Source: Leucoraja ocellata (Eukaryota). Taken from it: a stretch of 64,000 nucleotides of DNA. The stretch is taken from positions 124,001 to 188,000 of the forward strand of contig JAWMAR010000543.1 of the NCBI GenBank assembly GCA_036785375.1. The letters run 5' to 3'. The notes beneath the pieces were generated by a model. That model saw only the letters and a list, made by a program, of their open reading frames with translations, did no database searches and had not been told where the DNA came from. Positions 1-11,307 of the stretch are shown in pieces. The position numbers were made by a program, and so were the translations under genes. Positions within the stretch are counted from its first letter, which is position 1. Every line of letters starts with the position of its first letter.

Positions 1-323
1 TGTGAAAGTATGTTTAGAATCAAAGAGCTTTAACAAATAACTCAATAAACTCAGTCAAGGAATGTCTTTAAAGATAGATAATTGGAAGAGTTTCAGGGAA
101 AATAACCCTAAAATGGTGGTGGAATACACAGGACAGTTTAGGATAACCCAAGTGGATACCATCTTACCACATCCCTTAATCTTTTCAAAATAAATTATTC
201 TGAGCTGCTAACACAGTGTTTAATAAACAAATGGGTCAAACATTTTTGCACATAAGGTCCCATAAAAATAATGGAGATGAGCAATGAGATGCTAATTCCA
301 CAGATCAGAGTGCAGAATCTTAC

Positions 324-431
324 CTCTTTCCAAAAGGCATGTCTGTTATAACTATATCCACAGAGCTAGTCTTGAGTGGAAGATTACAGATATCCCACTG
401 TACAACATCCAAAGGCAAGCCCCAGTTTGGC
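324..431 (-). CDS. THUMPD3: THUMPD3 coding exon 7 (last one in window; methyltransferase domain)
   Basis: ttgcag acceptor, gtaaga donor, 108 nt. Translates (R)PNWGLPLDVVQWDICNLPLKTSSVDIVITDMPFGK(R), which matches vertebrate THUMPD3 and contains the DMPFG motif-IV equivalent. Phase is continuous with the previous exon; remaining exons lie left of the window. Confidence 0.95.
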
Positions 432-483
432 CTGCAATGCACAACCAAGCACAATTCAGTAAAATAAGCAATTAAAAGAGGCC

Positions 484-709
484 AGATACATAAAGCTGGA
501 GTAACTCAGAGGGACAGGCAGCATCTATGTAGAGAAGGAATGAGGAATGGGTGACGTTTCAAGTCGAGACACTTCTTCAGACTGGAGAAGGGTCTTGTCC
601 GAAACGTCACCCATTCCTTCTCTCCAGAGATGCTGTCTGTCCCGCTGAGTTACTACAGTTTTTTGTGTCTATCTTCGGTTTAAACGAGCATCTGCAGTTC
701 CTTCTTACA
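484..709. mobile_element. Palindromic Penelope-like (PLE) derivative
   Basis: Inverted arms centred on cttcttcagactggagaag. TSD caat(t/c)aaaagaggcc at 469-483 and 710-724. Confidence 0.8.
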
Positions 710-1108
710 CAATCAAAAGAGGCCTTAGGTTAGCCTCCACAAACTTGCTTTTCATACAAACCCCCCCCCCCCCCCCCCACATCCTCCTCCTACTCCTTCC
801 CTGAAGCTCAACAGTACACGCATTTCTCAAATATAAACCAGTCAGTGAACATTGACAGGTTATCCAGGTATCGAGGGGTCTGCACAGGTATTAGGATTGG
901 AAAGTCTGATTGACTTTCCTCTTCTAACCCTCAGGTGATAAGGCACAGTGGATGGCCCCGACTACAATCTTGATAGAGATCATGGAACCTATGCTTTATT
1001 TGGGTGTAAATCTATCTATCTATCATATCATATCATATATCATCATATACTTATTAAAAGTCTGATCTTGTGTATATGTGTGTGTATATGTGGTAGTCTT
1101 TACATCTT

Positions 1109-1686
1109 CAGGGAGAAGACAATTCTGGATTTAGTGTTATGTAATGAACCAGATTTGATAAAGGAACTTGAGGTTAAGGATCCATTAGGATCCATCAGGT
1201 TTAATCAACAATTGGAGAAGGAGAAGGGTAAATTGGAGGTGTCAGTGTTACAGTTGAATAAAGGGAACTATGGAGCCATGAGGGAGGAGCTGGCCAAAGA
1301 TACACTAGCAGGGGTGACAGTGGAACAACAATGGCAGGTATTTCTGGGAATAATACAGAAGGTGCAGGATCAGTTCATTCCAAAGAAGAAAGATTCCACG
1401 GGGAGTAAGGGGCGACCGTGGCTGACAAGGGACAGTATAAAAATAAAAGAGAAGTACAACATAGCAAAGATGAGCAGGAAGCAAGAGGATTGGGTAATGT
1501 TTAAAGAGCAACAGAAGATAACTAAAAAGGCAATACGTGGAGAAAACATGAGGTACGAAGATAAGCTAGCCAAGAATATAAAGGAGGATAGTAAAAGCTT
1601 CTTTAGGTATGTGAAGAGGAAAACATTAGTTTAGACCAAAGTTAGACCCTTGAAGACTGAAAAAGGTGAATTTATTATGGGGGGAT
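1109..1686 (+). mobile_element. CR1 LINE ORF2 fragment (end of APE endonuclease and tether region)
   Basis: REKTILDLVLCNEPDLIKELEVKDPLG...PWLT...KNIKEDSKSFFRYVKRK, typical of CR1 ORF2, with deletions. Confidence 0.88.
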
Positions 1687-1687
1687 T

Positions 1688-2847
1688 AAGCAGCGATTAA
1701 GGGGGGGCCCTGCTTAACAGCACGCGTGTCCACTCCGGAGGGGGGCAAGAACCTGAGCCCCGAGCGCCGGTCCCAGACATACAGGCGATGGATCCTGCCG
1801 GTCACCGTGGTGACAAACGAACATGGTTGGTGGCATTGGCAGGCCGCTGAATCCAAGCGTTGGTGGTAAAAACGCCACATCCTTTATCCTGGTTCCTGCG
1901 CAGCCATCCTCCTCTCCTGTGCTACTTGTCTGGTCTGTGGCCCTGTGGGCGTGGGCCTCTTGTGGGCGTGGTCTTGGGTCGCTGGGCCTTCCAGGGCGCT
2001 GAATCAATCCGGTCCAGCGATTCCAAGGATTCCAGCGCAGCCACAGCTTGTCGGCACGTGCCGCTAGCCTGATAGGATTCTCGAAGCTCTTCCCCTGAGA
2101 GCTGCTGGTGGATGTCTCGCTGCAACTGCTGCAGGTAGGTAAATTCAAACAGCGGGCAGGTCGGGTCTGGTGGTCGCCCATGATCGTTAGCCACTCACTC
2201 ATGAGGGCTGAGGGCTTCTGGTCGCTGAGCCAGCCCTTGTTTTGGACCTGACAGGCACGCTCCATACGGCTCGCCTGTAGATCCGGAGAAGTAGCTCCTT
2301 GAGGCGTGTGTACTTACCCGTTGCCGGCGGATTATCGAGGTAAAGAACGACCCGACCGGCTGTCTGCTGATCCAGAGCGCTTACCACATAGTGGTAACGG
2401 GTCTCATTGGCAGTTACATCGCAGATGTAGAATTGGGACTCGGCCTGTCGGAACCAAACCCCCGGCTGCGAGGTCCAAAATGTAGGCAGCTTCAGGGAGA
2501 CCTCGTTGAGTTTGGCCACACAGGCCTCGTAGGAGGCAGCGGCGAAGTGCATCTTCTTACGAAATTTCCCTTCCAGGATTACACTCCTGAACGTCGGGGT
2601 CACCAGTATAGCGGGGACTCGCAGGAGTCCAGCCAAAAACTAAGCGGACACAAGTTGTGTGCTTGAGACGTGTTTTAATCAGTAAGATACAGCTCCCTAC
2701 TCCTCAAATGGGCACGGGCGTTGCCCAACCTTAAATACCCCTAAGGGTCAACCCCGTGACCTGCGCCTCCCACACCGAGACACCTAACTCCTCCCTCCAG
2801 AGCCGAGGGTTCGCTCTGCCCGTGGCTTACCACCAGGTGCCGCCACG
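1688..2847 (-). mobile_element. Truncated Ty3/gypsy LTR retrotransposon: 5' LTR (2607-2847), tRNA-Trp PBS (2591-2605), frameshifted gag and start of protease
   Basis: gag motif LKLPTFWTSQPGVWFRQAESQF...RYHYVVSALD. PBS TGGTGACCCCGACGT. The LTR has degenerate inverted ends (cgtggcgg...ccgctata), TATTTAA and ATTAAA. Confidence 0.88.
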
Positions 2848-3156
2848 TTGTTATATTTTAAGTTATTCACATTTTAAGCTTTAATAAATTCCTTTTCCAC
2901 TTGCCATGCCCGTCAGCTGTGCCTGCTCAGTAATACCTGCATGTTCTACGTCACAACAGGAACCCAATGGGCGGGAATGGCTGCGCCGCTGGAGAGCCGC
3001 TAAGAGTGGATGGGGGTGGGGGTGGGTTGAGGGGGGATGGAGTGAGTGCGAGGGGGGTGGAAGGGCAAGGGGCGGAGTGGGGGAGGTAAGTGGAGGAGGG
3101 GGGATCAGGGTCGTCACAGCGGGAACCCGTCAGCCGCGTCTGCGCAGTTGGGGGCT

Positions 3157-3400
3157 ATGTGTAAAGAAATTCCACATCTCTATTCTAAAGGTATGTCTTT
3201 TTATTCTGAGGCTGTGGCCGCTGGTTTTAGATTCTTCCATTTCTGGGAACATGCTTTCTACATCCACTCTATCTAGGTCTTTCATTGTCCAGTAAGTTTC
3301 AATGAGATCCCCTTCATCCTTCTATACTCCAGCGAGTACAGGCCCAGAGCCTTCAAATGCCCCTCATAGTTAACCCAATCATTCCTGCGATAATTCCCGT
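3157..3400 (-). mobile_element. CR1 LINE 3' fragment
   Basis: Minus strand encodes the NYEGHLKALGLYSLEYRRMKG motif and the following CR1 C-terminus. Confidence 0.75.
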
Positions 3401-3599
3401 CTGTAATTTCGGGTGATATCTTGTCCGCCCCTCCTCGAAAAAAGGCCCAATAAAAAAGTAGAGTTGCAAAAGCTTGATTCCACAGCGCTAGTTGTATGAA
3501 AATAGAATCATCACATTGACTGTACATTTTTTGTAGTAATATTTCACTTTCTATCCGATTAAAACTCAGTGACCACTCAACAGCGGAAACAAATCTTAC

Positions 3600-3715
3600 C
3601 TTCCCTTATTGAGTCTCTTCTTCTGCAAGGAGTTGATGTTATTAATGGACCTGTTCACTGCCAGTAAATTGTTGTCTCCACCAAGAAAGTAAGAGTGTGT
3701 GAATTCCAAAGCTCC
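3600..3715 (-). CDS. THUMPD3: THUMPD3 coding exon 6
   Basis: ttctag / gtaaga, 116 nt. GALEFTHSYFLGGDNNLLAVNRSINNINSLQKKRLNKG(R); GDNN-x-LAVNR is characteristic of THUMPD3. Confidence 0.93.
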
Positions 3716-5655
3716 CTAGAAGAGTATTTAAGTGAGATAGGGGACTATCACCAAAGTTACAGCCCAGAATAGCTTATGTTCAAAGTACTTTTTGTATACA
3801 GTAATTACAAGTGACCACATGGACAATTTGCTGCCCTACCTCCCTTTCAAACAGATATAACATTTGTGACAACTATACACGACCTGCTGTAAATGTTTAA
3901 TTGATATCTGATATTTACTATATTGCACGTTGTATAGGTTGTGCATTTCACCGTGGGTCTAAACTGATTGTGGCACCTTCAGCTCTACTGCCAAAGTAGA
4001 CATTTTGGTCAGCATGGATAATTTGGGCAAAGGGACTGTTCCTGTGCTGTACAACTCTGTAACTCTTTTTAGAGGGGTTCGAGTGATTTGCATGTGTTAG
4101 ACAAACCCAATGTCGTACTCTGAGACAATGTAACTGGTGCTATGCAGGAAAAATCAGGATGGCAGGCAATTAATGATGTCAAAACTGAAGGTTTGAATAG
4201 CAGAACAAGAATCCACCTCGAGAGGAGATATTCTGTGTCATTATATTCCTATATATTCTTACTCCATCTCCACCCTGTAAAGGTGAGAACTATCACTGGG
4301 TCACAGTTCCTAGTGTTGGATTTTACAATATCTCCATTTCCCAGGCATATGGTATTGACTGGAGGCTATCCTGCCTTCAGTAAAACACACGATTGTTATT
4401 TGAAATCAGTTGATCTAATTTTAATCAACCAATTAAAAATTGAATTGTTGCTCAATCTTTGAACTTAATCTCTATTAGTTAGGCATCAATACGTGAGAAA
4501 ATTGTACTGTTAGAGCTTTGGCAACCATTGGTCCAAAGTCATTTGTTCTTTACTCAACCCCCTAACAAGTATGCAATGTCTTTGCATGTTTAAACATGTT
4601 TAAGCTGGTGTCAAGAAGTTGGTCCTTTTGCAGGTACAAGGTCAATTGTGCCTACAAATATTCTATGTAAGATCAATTTAGCTCATATCATGAATGAAGT
4701 CTAGTCACTTTTTGCTCTGCATTTTGGTCCGAGTGCGGTATATATGTAGCATGGATGGCATGAGAGGCCTGTCAAGATGGGTTCCAAAAAACAAAGTATA
4801 AGACCCATAGTGACAAATCATGCAGGAGTCTGACTGTGCACAACTAAGACTACCATCGATCTCAGATCCAGTGCAGGAGAAATAAAGCATGGGACGTCTT
4901 CCCGTTGTACATTAGATGTTATTTGTATTCTAATGGAAACACCTGTAGAATGAGCCCAGTACAATTAGTTTATTTCCAGGTATTACACAACAGACAACAA
5001 ATGGTGCGCTGACATGCAGCTTTCACATCTAAATTCTTCATGGGCTGACTTTGATTGTAAAGAGGTTTATAGCTTGCATAAACCTCCATAAAGGGAATGT
5101 AAAAATTGATAGGAAAGGCAAAATGTGAAAGGAAAAGAAAAGGAGATGGAGAGTGATGCAAGGGTGGCATGTGAACCGTGAGATAGAATTGGAGTGGGAA
5201 AAGTACGATACAGGGAGGAATAGAGTAATGGTGAGGAGAAATAATGATATGGAAAGAAAGATAGAAAAATAAAAGATAAAAATGTGGATTTAGATAAAGA
5301 AAATAGTGGATACATGTATTAAATTGTTAAGCAGGGTGACACAGTTCAAAACCATTCAGGTTTGTAAGTTAATTAGTTTCGGTAAATTGTAAAATTATCC
5401 CTAGTGTGTGTAGGTTGGTGTACGGGGTGATCGCTGGTCGGCGTGGACCCGGTGGTCTGACGGGTATATTTCTGTGCAATATCTCTAAAGTCTACATTAG
5501 ATAATGCAAGCCAACTCTAAAATATAAGGGTCATGGGATTGAAACCTGATCCAAGTTTGAAAATTGAATGTGCAAGATCCAATGCAGAAGCTGCAACAAA
5601 GGATTAATGTAGCCACATCTTTCTGTGCCTGAACTATTCTCCTCTGTGACTTTAC

Positions 5656-5725
5656 CTCGATTGGTATAGCTCCAGTTCCACACATTGGATCAATGATGAT
5701 ATCGGTTAACTGAGGACTGCAAAGC
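5656..5725 (-). CDS. THUMPD3: THUMPD3 coding exon 5 (SAM-binding motif I)
   Basis: tggcag / gtaaag, 70 nt. LCSPQLTDIIIDPMCGTGAIPIE contains DPMCGTG. Confidence 0.95.
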
Positions 5726-7780
5726 CTGCCACAGCAAAAAAAAAAATTAAACAAATTAGCACACAGACAAGAATTTAGTTACATTTTCCTTTGGTGCAAA
5801 TTTTGCAGTAGAACCACATCTGCAATCTCATGCCTTAACACACAAATTTATGGTTATAGATAAAGGCCAGGGCTCGAAATTAGCAGTTGCCCAGGTACCA
5901 ATGGCAACCTACAGTCCCGCTGGGCAACCTAAATGCCATGCCATTTTGCCCGGCTTTGGCAAGCACCCGGGACACCTATCGTTTAATTCTGAGCGGGCCC
6001 TCTCTATCTCTCTCTCTGTCACTCTCCGTCTCCGCCCACCTCTCGGGGCTCGGGTCCCCGCTCCCAGCTCCTCATCCGCCAGCACTGCCAGCCGCATTGC
6101 ACATGCGCACTGCCACGGCATGCACATCCTCCCCCTCCACATGCGCACAACCACGGCCAGCACATCATCGGCCATGGTTGTGCGCATGTGCCGCCCTGCA
6201 CATGCGCACTGCCACCGGCAAATGGTCGTCGTCAGCCACTTTCTCCCTCCCTTTGCATTGTGGGAGATCTGGCCGTCATTACTGTCCGGTCGCGGCCTCA
6301 CCGCGACCGCTGAAAACCAACGCAGAATCACTCCCTGGAGCTGGAGTAACTCCTGGAGTAACTCTTGCTTCTTGGTTTCCTGGTCCTCCAAAAATATTCG
6401 AAATGGAATTTAAACTGGAGTGGGCCCACCACCACCAAACTCTGAGAAATAACAGCCTATTGCATTTTATCTGTTTATTTATTGTGCATATATATGGTCT
6501 ATGGTATATAGACACACTGAACTTTTATCTCCTGTTCTGTATTATGTTTACATATTCTGTTGTGCTGCAGAAAGCAAGAATTTGATTGTCCTATTTATGA
6601 CAATAAAACTCTCTGACTCTTGACTTGGACTTAAGCAGAAAAGGGTTCTTGGGGGAAAAAAGAGCTACCTTAAATTTGGAATTTACAGTCTCCTCCCCTT
6701 CTCAGCTCTTCCTCAGCCCTCTGGCTCCTCCTCTTCCTTTCTTCTTCCCCACCTGGACCGGTTTCGGCCCAAAACATTGCCTATTTCCTTCACTCCGTAA
6801 ATGCTGTTGCACCCGCTGAGTTTCTCCAGCATTTTTGTCTACCTTAAATTTAGTTGCATCTGGTTGGGTACCTATAGTAGGGTGAAGACTATTCCATGCT
6901 TTAATTGTGTGGGGGAACTCCATGGAGCAGCCAGCATCTCTGGATAGAAAAAATTGGGTGACGTTTCGGGTAGAGACCTTTCTTTAGATTTCCTCTGGTT
7001 TAGTGTTTTTAGTTTAATTTAAAGATACAGCGTGGAAGCAGGCCCTTCGGCCCACCGAGTCCACACCGACCACCGTATACCTGTACATTAGTTCTATCCC
7101 ACACATTAGTGATGCAAGTCAAGTGTCAAGAGTGTTTTATTCTCTCACGTCCCAGTTAGAGCAATGAAATCTTTACTTGCAGCAGCACAACAGAATATGT
7201 AAACATAGTACTCTGTAACCAATATTATAAACGAGAAAACAAAATAGTGTATATTTATATATGAATATATAACTATAAACACACACACGCAATTTTCCTC
7301 TTGGGATTAATAAAGTTCTATCATATAGTATCGTGTGTGTAGGAAGGAACTGTAGATGCTGGTTTAAACTGAAGATAGACACAAAAAGCTGGAGTAACTC
7401 AACAGGTCAGACAGAATCTCTGGACAAAAGGAAAATATTATGTTTTGGGTTGGGTCTGAAAAAGGTTCTTGCACACCTTTGGAATGTGGAAGGAAACAAG
7501 AGCACCCGGAGAAAACCCATGCGATCAAAGGGAAAAGGAGCAAACTCCATACAGACAGCACCCATATTCAGGATCAATTCCGGGTCTCTGGCAATTTTAG
7601 GCAACAACTTTATGGCCAATGTACTGCCCCATAGTCTTGAACTAAATTAAAACATACAGTAGCTGTAAAGGGGGACATAACGAAACTTAGAGATTTAAGA
7701 CTGAAAATGGATAGTTTCTTTTTTTTTAGTAACCAAAGTCATCAAAGTATAATTTTTTGTGTATTGGAAAATAAAATAGA

Positions 7781-7980
7781 GTGGCACAAATGGTGGACTT
7801 GCTGCCTCACACGCCAGAGATCTGTGTTCGATCCTGCCCTCGGGCACTGTGTTGAATTTGCACATACTCCCTGCAAGCATGTGGGTTTCCTCCCACATCC
7901 CAGACAATTGGCTCTGTAAAATTGCCCCTAATGTGTAGGGATTGGGTGAGGAAAGTGGGATAACAGAACGTGTGAATGGG
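7781..7980 (+). mobile_element. HE1-type V-SINE (tRNA-derived head + V domain)
   Basis: gtggcaca...tgctgcctcac...gttcgatcc head, then gtgggtttcctcccacatcc...taaattgcccct core. Confidence 0.75.
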
Positions 7981-9105
7981 TAGACAAAAATGCTGGAGAA
8001 ACTCAGCGGGTGAAGAAGCACCTATGGAGCGAAGGAAATAGGCGTTTCGGGTCGAGATCCTTCTTCAGACTGATGTGAGGGTGCGGGGGATGGGGCGGGA
8101 AGAAGAAAGGAAGAGGCGGAGACAGTGGGCTGAGGGAGAGCTGGGAAGCGGAGGAGAAAGCAGGGACTTCCTGAAATTGGAGGTCAATGTTTATACTGCT
8201 GGGGTGTAAACTGCCCAACCAAAATATGAGGTGCTGCTCCCCTAATTTACAGTGGGCCTCACCATGGCCATTCGGAATGGGTGGGGGAGTTGAAGTGCTG
8301 AGCCACCGGGAGATTAGGTTGGTTATTGCGAACCGAGCAGAGGTGTTGGGCGAAGCGATTGCCAAGCCTACGCGTGGTCTCACTGATGTAGGGCAGCTGA
8401 CACCTAGAGTAGCAGATGCAATAGATGAGGGTGGAGGAGGTGCAGATGAACCTCTGCCGCACCTGGAAAGACTGCTTGGGTCCTTGAATGGAGTCAAGGG
8501 GGGAGGTAAAGCGATAAGTGTAGCATTTCCTGCAGTTGCAAGGGAAAGTGCCAGGAGAGGGGGTGGTTTGGGTGGGGAGGGACGAATTGACCAGGGAGTT
8601 ACGGTGTGAGCGGTCTCTGCGGAAAGCCGACAGGGCAGGAGATGGCCAGTCGTGGGATCCCGTTGGTAGACAAAGCTGGAGAAAATCAGCGGGTGAGGCA
8701 GCATCCATGGAGCGAAGGAATAGGCGACGTTTCGGGTCGAGACCCTTCTTCAGACTGTTGTCGGGAGGGGGGGGGGGGGAAGAAAGGAAAAGGCGGAGAC
8801 AGTAGGCTGTGGGAGAGCTGGGAATAGGAGGGGAAGGAGGGAGAAAACAAGGACTACCTGAAATTGGAGAAGCCAATGTTCATACCGCTGGGGTGTAAAC
8901 TACCGAAGCAAAATATGAGGTGCTGTTCCTCCAATTTGCGGTGGGCCTCACTCTGGCCATGGAGGACGCCCAGGACAGAAAAGTCGGATTTGGAATGGGA
9001 GGGGGAGTTGAAGTCTGATCCACCGGGAGATCAGGTTGGTTATTGCGAACTGACTGGAGGTGTTGTGCGAAGCGATAGCCAAGCCTGTGCTTGGTCTCAC
9101 CAAGG
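7981..9105 (-). mobile_element. Penelope-like element: two tandem 3' fragments with GIY-YIG endonuclease C-terminus and pLTR
   Basis: PGTFPCNCRKCYT...CTSSTLIYCICYSRCQLPYISETTRRLGNRFAQHL...PVAQHFNSPTHS. A second copy at 8667-9105 repeats LGETKHRLGYRFAQHL. Partial tandem arrangement is typical of PLEs. Confidence 0.9.
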
Positions 9106-10129
9106 TTGATCATACGCTGAATAATCCAACCACATTTTTGTTTGGAAGTGGAAAGAGATAATAGAAATTGCATTCATTGCAATGTGTAAAAATAGATGAG
9201 ATACTGTATTGTAATTTTGCTGCATGTCATTGTGGTATACATCATGTCTTGATTGGTGAATATGTTTAGCTTGTGACTTTATTTGAAGCAGAAATAACAT
9301 GTGAATGCTTCATTGGCCATAATTCCGACTGGTAGCTACGCACTTCGTCCGAGCACATTATCGCACACGTCATGCAAGCTGTCTTAAATGACCACCTAAA
9401 CTGTCATTTGGCAACCTAAAAAGCTGCCGAGGTTGCCCGGCTGGCAACAGGGAAAAAAAGTTAAGTGAGAGCCCTGAAGGCTTTCAGAAAGTACAGTTTA
9501 ACTGCACGCTGGGAGGGGTAATGTGATGTATTGCAGCCAGTGGCAGCTCCACAGAGCTGGGAGCAGCATATCAAGGTGCTGTAGGTGAGGAGGCTAAGAT
9601 CTATTTTGTCCAATCCACTGGAATACATTCAGAATATTTCGTAACCCGGAAATTAATAATAAATATAGTATCATGTCTAATCCAGTAATTTATGGTACTG
9701 CGTATTATGTTAAAAGAAATTAATGAAATGCAATTGTTTCAATCAACACTCTTAATTCAAGGTAAAATGTTTATAGATACAAGGATTAATTGCTGTTAGG
9801 CCAGGTCCTTTGGATGAGTAATATTCATGCAATTAAAATACACCAAGGAAATAAAGAATATACTATATTTTGCATCTTCAGTAAGATCTTTCACAAAGAG
9901 GTTTATTAAAATAATTTGGATGCAAACATAAAGAGGGATTGGGGCAGCAGTAGATGACTGATGGACAGGAGTCAAAGAACTGGACTGGAATTTGGACTGG
10001 ATTGGTGCACTCCACATTGAGTATACGAATGCTAAGTCCATAGATTTTCATTGTATGGTGATGATGTAATAAAAGGACAAGCTACACAATCTTAAAATAT
10101 GCTGTCAAGCAGACGTTAAGGGTAAAGGC

Positions 10130-10357
10130 GAAGATAGACACTAAAAGCTGGAGTAACTCAGTGGGACAGGCAGCATCTCTGGAGAGAAGGAATGGGCGAC
10201 ATTTCGGGTCGAGACCCTTCTCCAGTCTGAAGAAGGGTCTCGACCTGAAACATCACCCATTCCTTCTCTCTAGAGATGCTGCCTGTCCCGCTGAGTTACT
10301 CCAGCTTTTTATGTCTATCTTCGGTTTAAACCAGCATCTGCAGTTCCTTCCTGCACA
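10130..10357. mobile_element. Palindromic PLE derivative with 14-bp TSD
   Basis: About 95-bp inverted arms plus a ~30-nt one-sided tail. TSD ttaagggtaaaggc at 10116-10129 and 10358-10371. Confidence 0.85.
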
Positions 10358-11176
10358 TTAAGGGTAAAGGCAAACAACAAAGATATCGAATAGTACATTA
10401 ATAAGATTAACAGATGCATTGTATTGCCCTCCAACAATAGGGTTTCGATACTACAAACGGGGAACACCGATTTCTCTCATTGGAGAAACCAGTTGTAACC
10501 AGGTTACCAAGAGAGGATGGAAAGGTGCAAATGCAACTTCCTTTACATTAAAGGTTCATGTAGCAGAACATGGTAGACAAAAGTGCTGGAGAAACTCAGC
10601 AGGAACGAAGGAAATAGGCAACGTTTCGGGCCGATGCCCTTCTAAGACAACATGTAGCAGAACATGTTTTGGTATAGGACTTCATGCCATTCAACTTCGT
10701 TCAAAGCCTCTCTTTGTTGAAACCATTGAATAGTCCTTGTTTCAGTCCTCTTCAGGCTTCCTCCCACAGTTCTTTTTCTGTACAAAAATGGTTACAGTGC
10801 TGATTCCTACACTTGTACAGAACTTGATTCATTCATGACCTTTGCTACTATTTTCCACCCCATCTTAATTTCTTATATTATCTAGCTGACAACTATCACG
10901 ATTGTTTACTGCTTTCTGACCCCATCATCCAGGGAAATCTTTCTCTTTGTGAAAGTACAACTGGCTATTTAACCAATTTCTTCTGATGTGCCCACTGCTG
11001 CATTATAAAACCACTTACCAATCCCTGATTTATTTAGATCCATCAATTCCTTGAGATTGGCCCTCCTAACACAAACTACTTTTATTCTAGATTAGTTGTC
11101 CTTGTTCATCTCCAACACATTTCAAGTTCAAATCTCCAGATGTTTGGAAGGACCAAGCAAATAAAACAAGTCTTAC

Positions 11177-11307
11177 CTTAACATCCCATAGGCCAAAGTA
11201 GATCGAAGAGTTGTAGGCCCAAAGTGCACTATGTTTCGTCTGTGTAGACTTTCCTCTGTAAGAGCTATTCCAATTACTACTTCATTGTCATGAATATTAA
11301 GTAGGAT
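11177..11307 (-). CDS. THUMPD3: THUMPD3 coding exon 4
   Basis: ttgcag / gtaaga, 131 nt. ILLNIHDNEVVIGIALTEESLHRRNIVHFGPTTLRSTLAYGML(R). Confidence 0.95.

Larger units (their letters stand above)
5868..9476. mobile_element. Non-autonomous DNA transposon (CAGGGCTC...GAGCCCTG ends, hAT-like) carrying many nested retroelements
   Basis: 8-bp terminal inverted repeat, shared gttgcc/ggcaac subterminal motifs at both ends, and aaggc repeated at 5863-5867 and 9477-9481. Confidence 0.6.

Noticed and set aside
3400-3570. Possible DNA-transposon end (…aaaactcagtg) next to the THUMPD3 exon 3600 donor
   Set aside because: No partner terminus or TSD was found.
5850-6585. Overlapping ORFs of 160-232 aa
   Set aside because: They fall in the GC-rich repetitive interior of a non-autonomous transposon and show no recognisable domain.
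7781-7850. tRNA-like A/B box sequences (also at 37209 and 31502)
   Set aside because: They are SINE heads with no cloverleaf, and they continue into the V-domain core.
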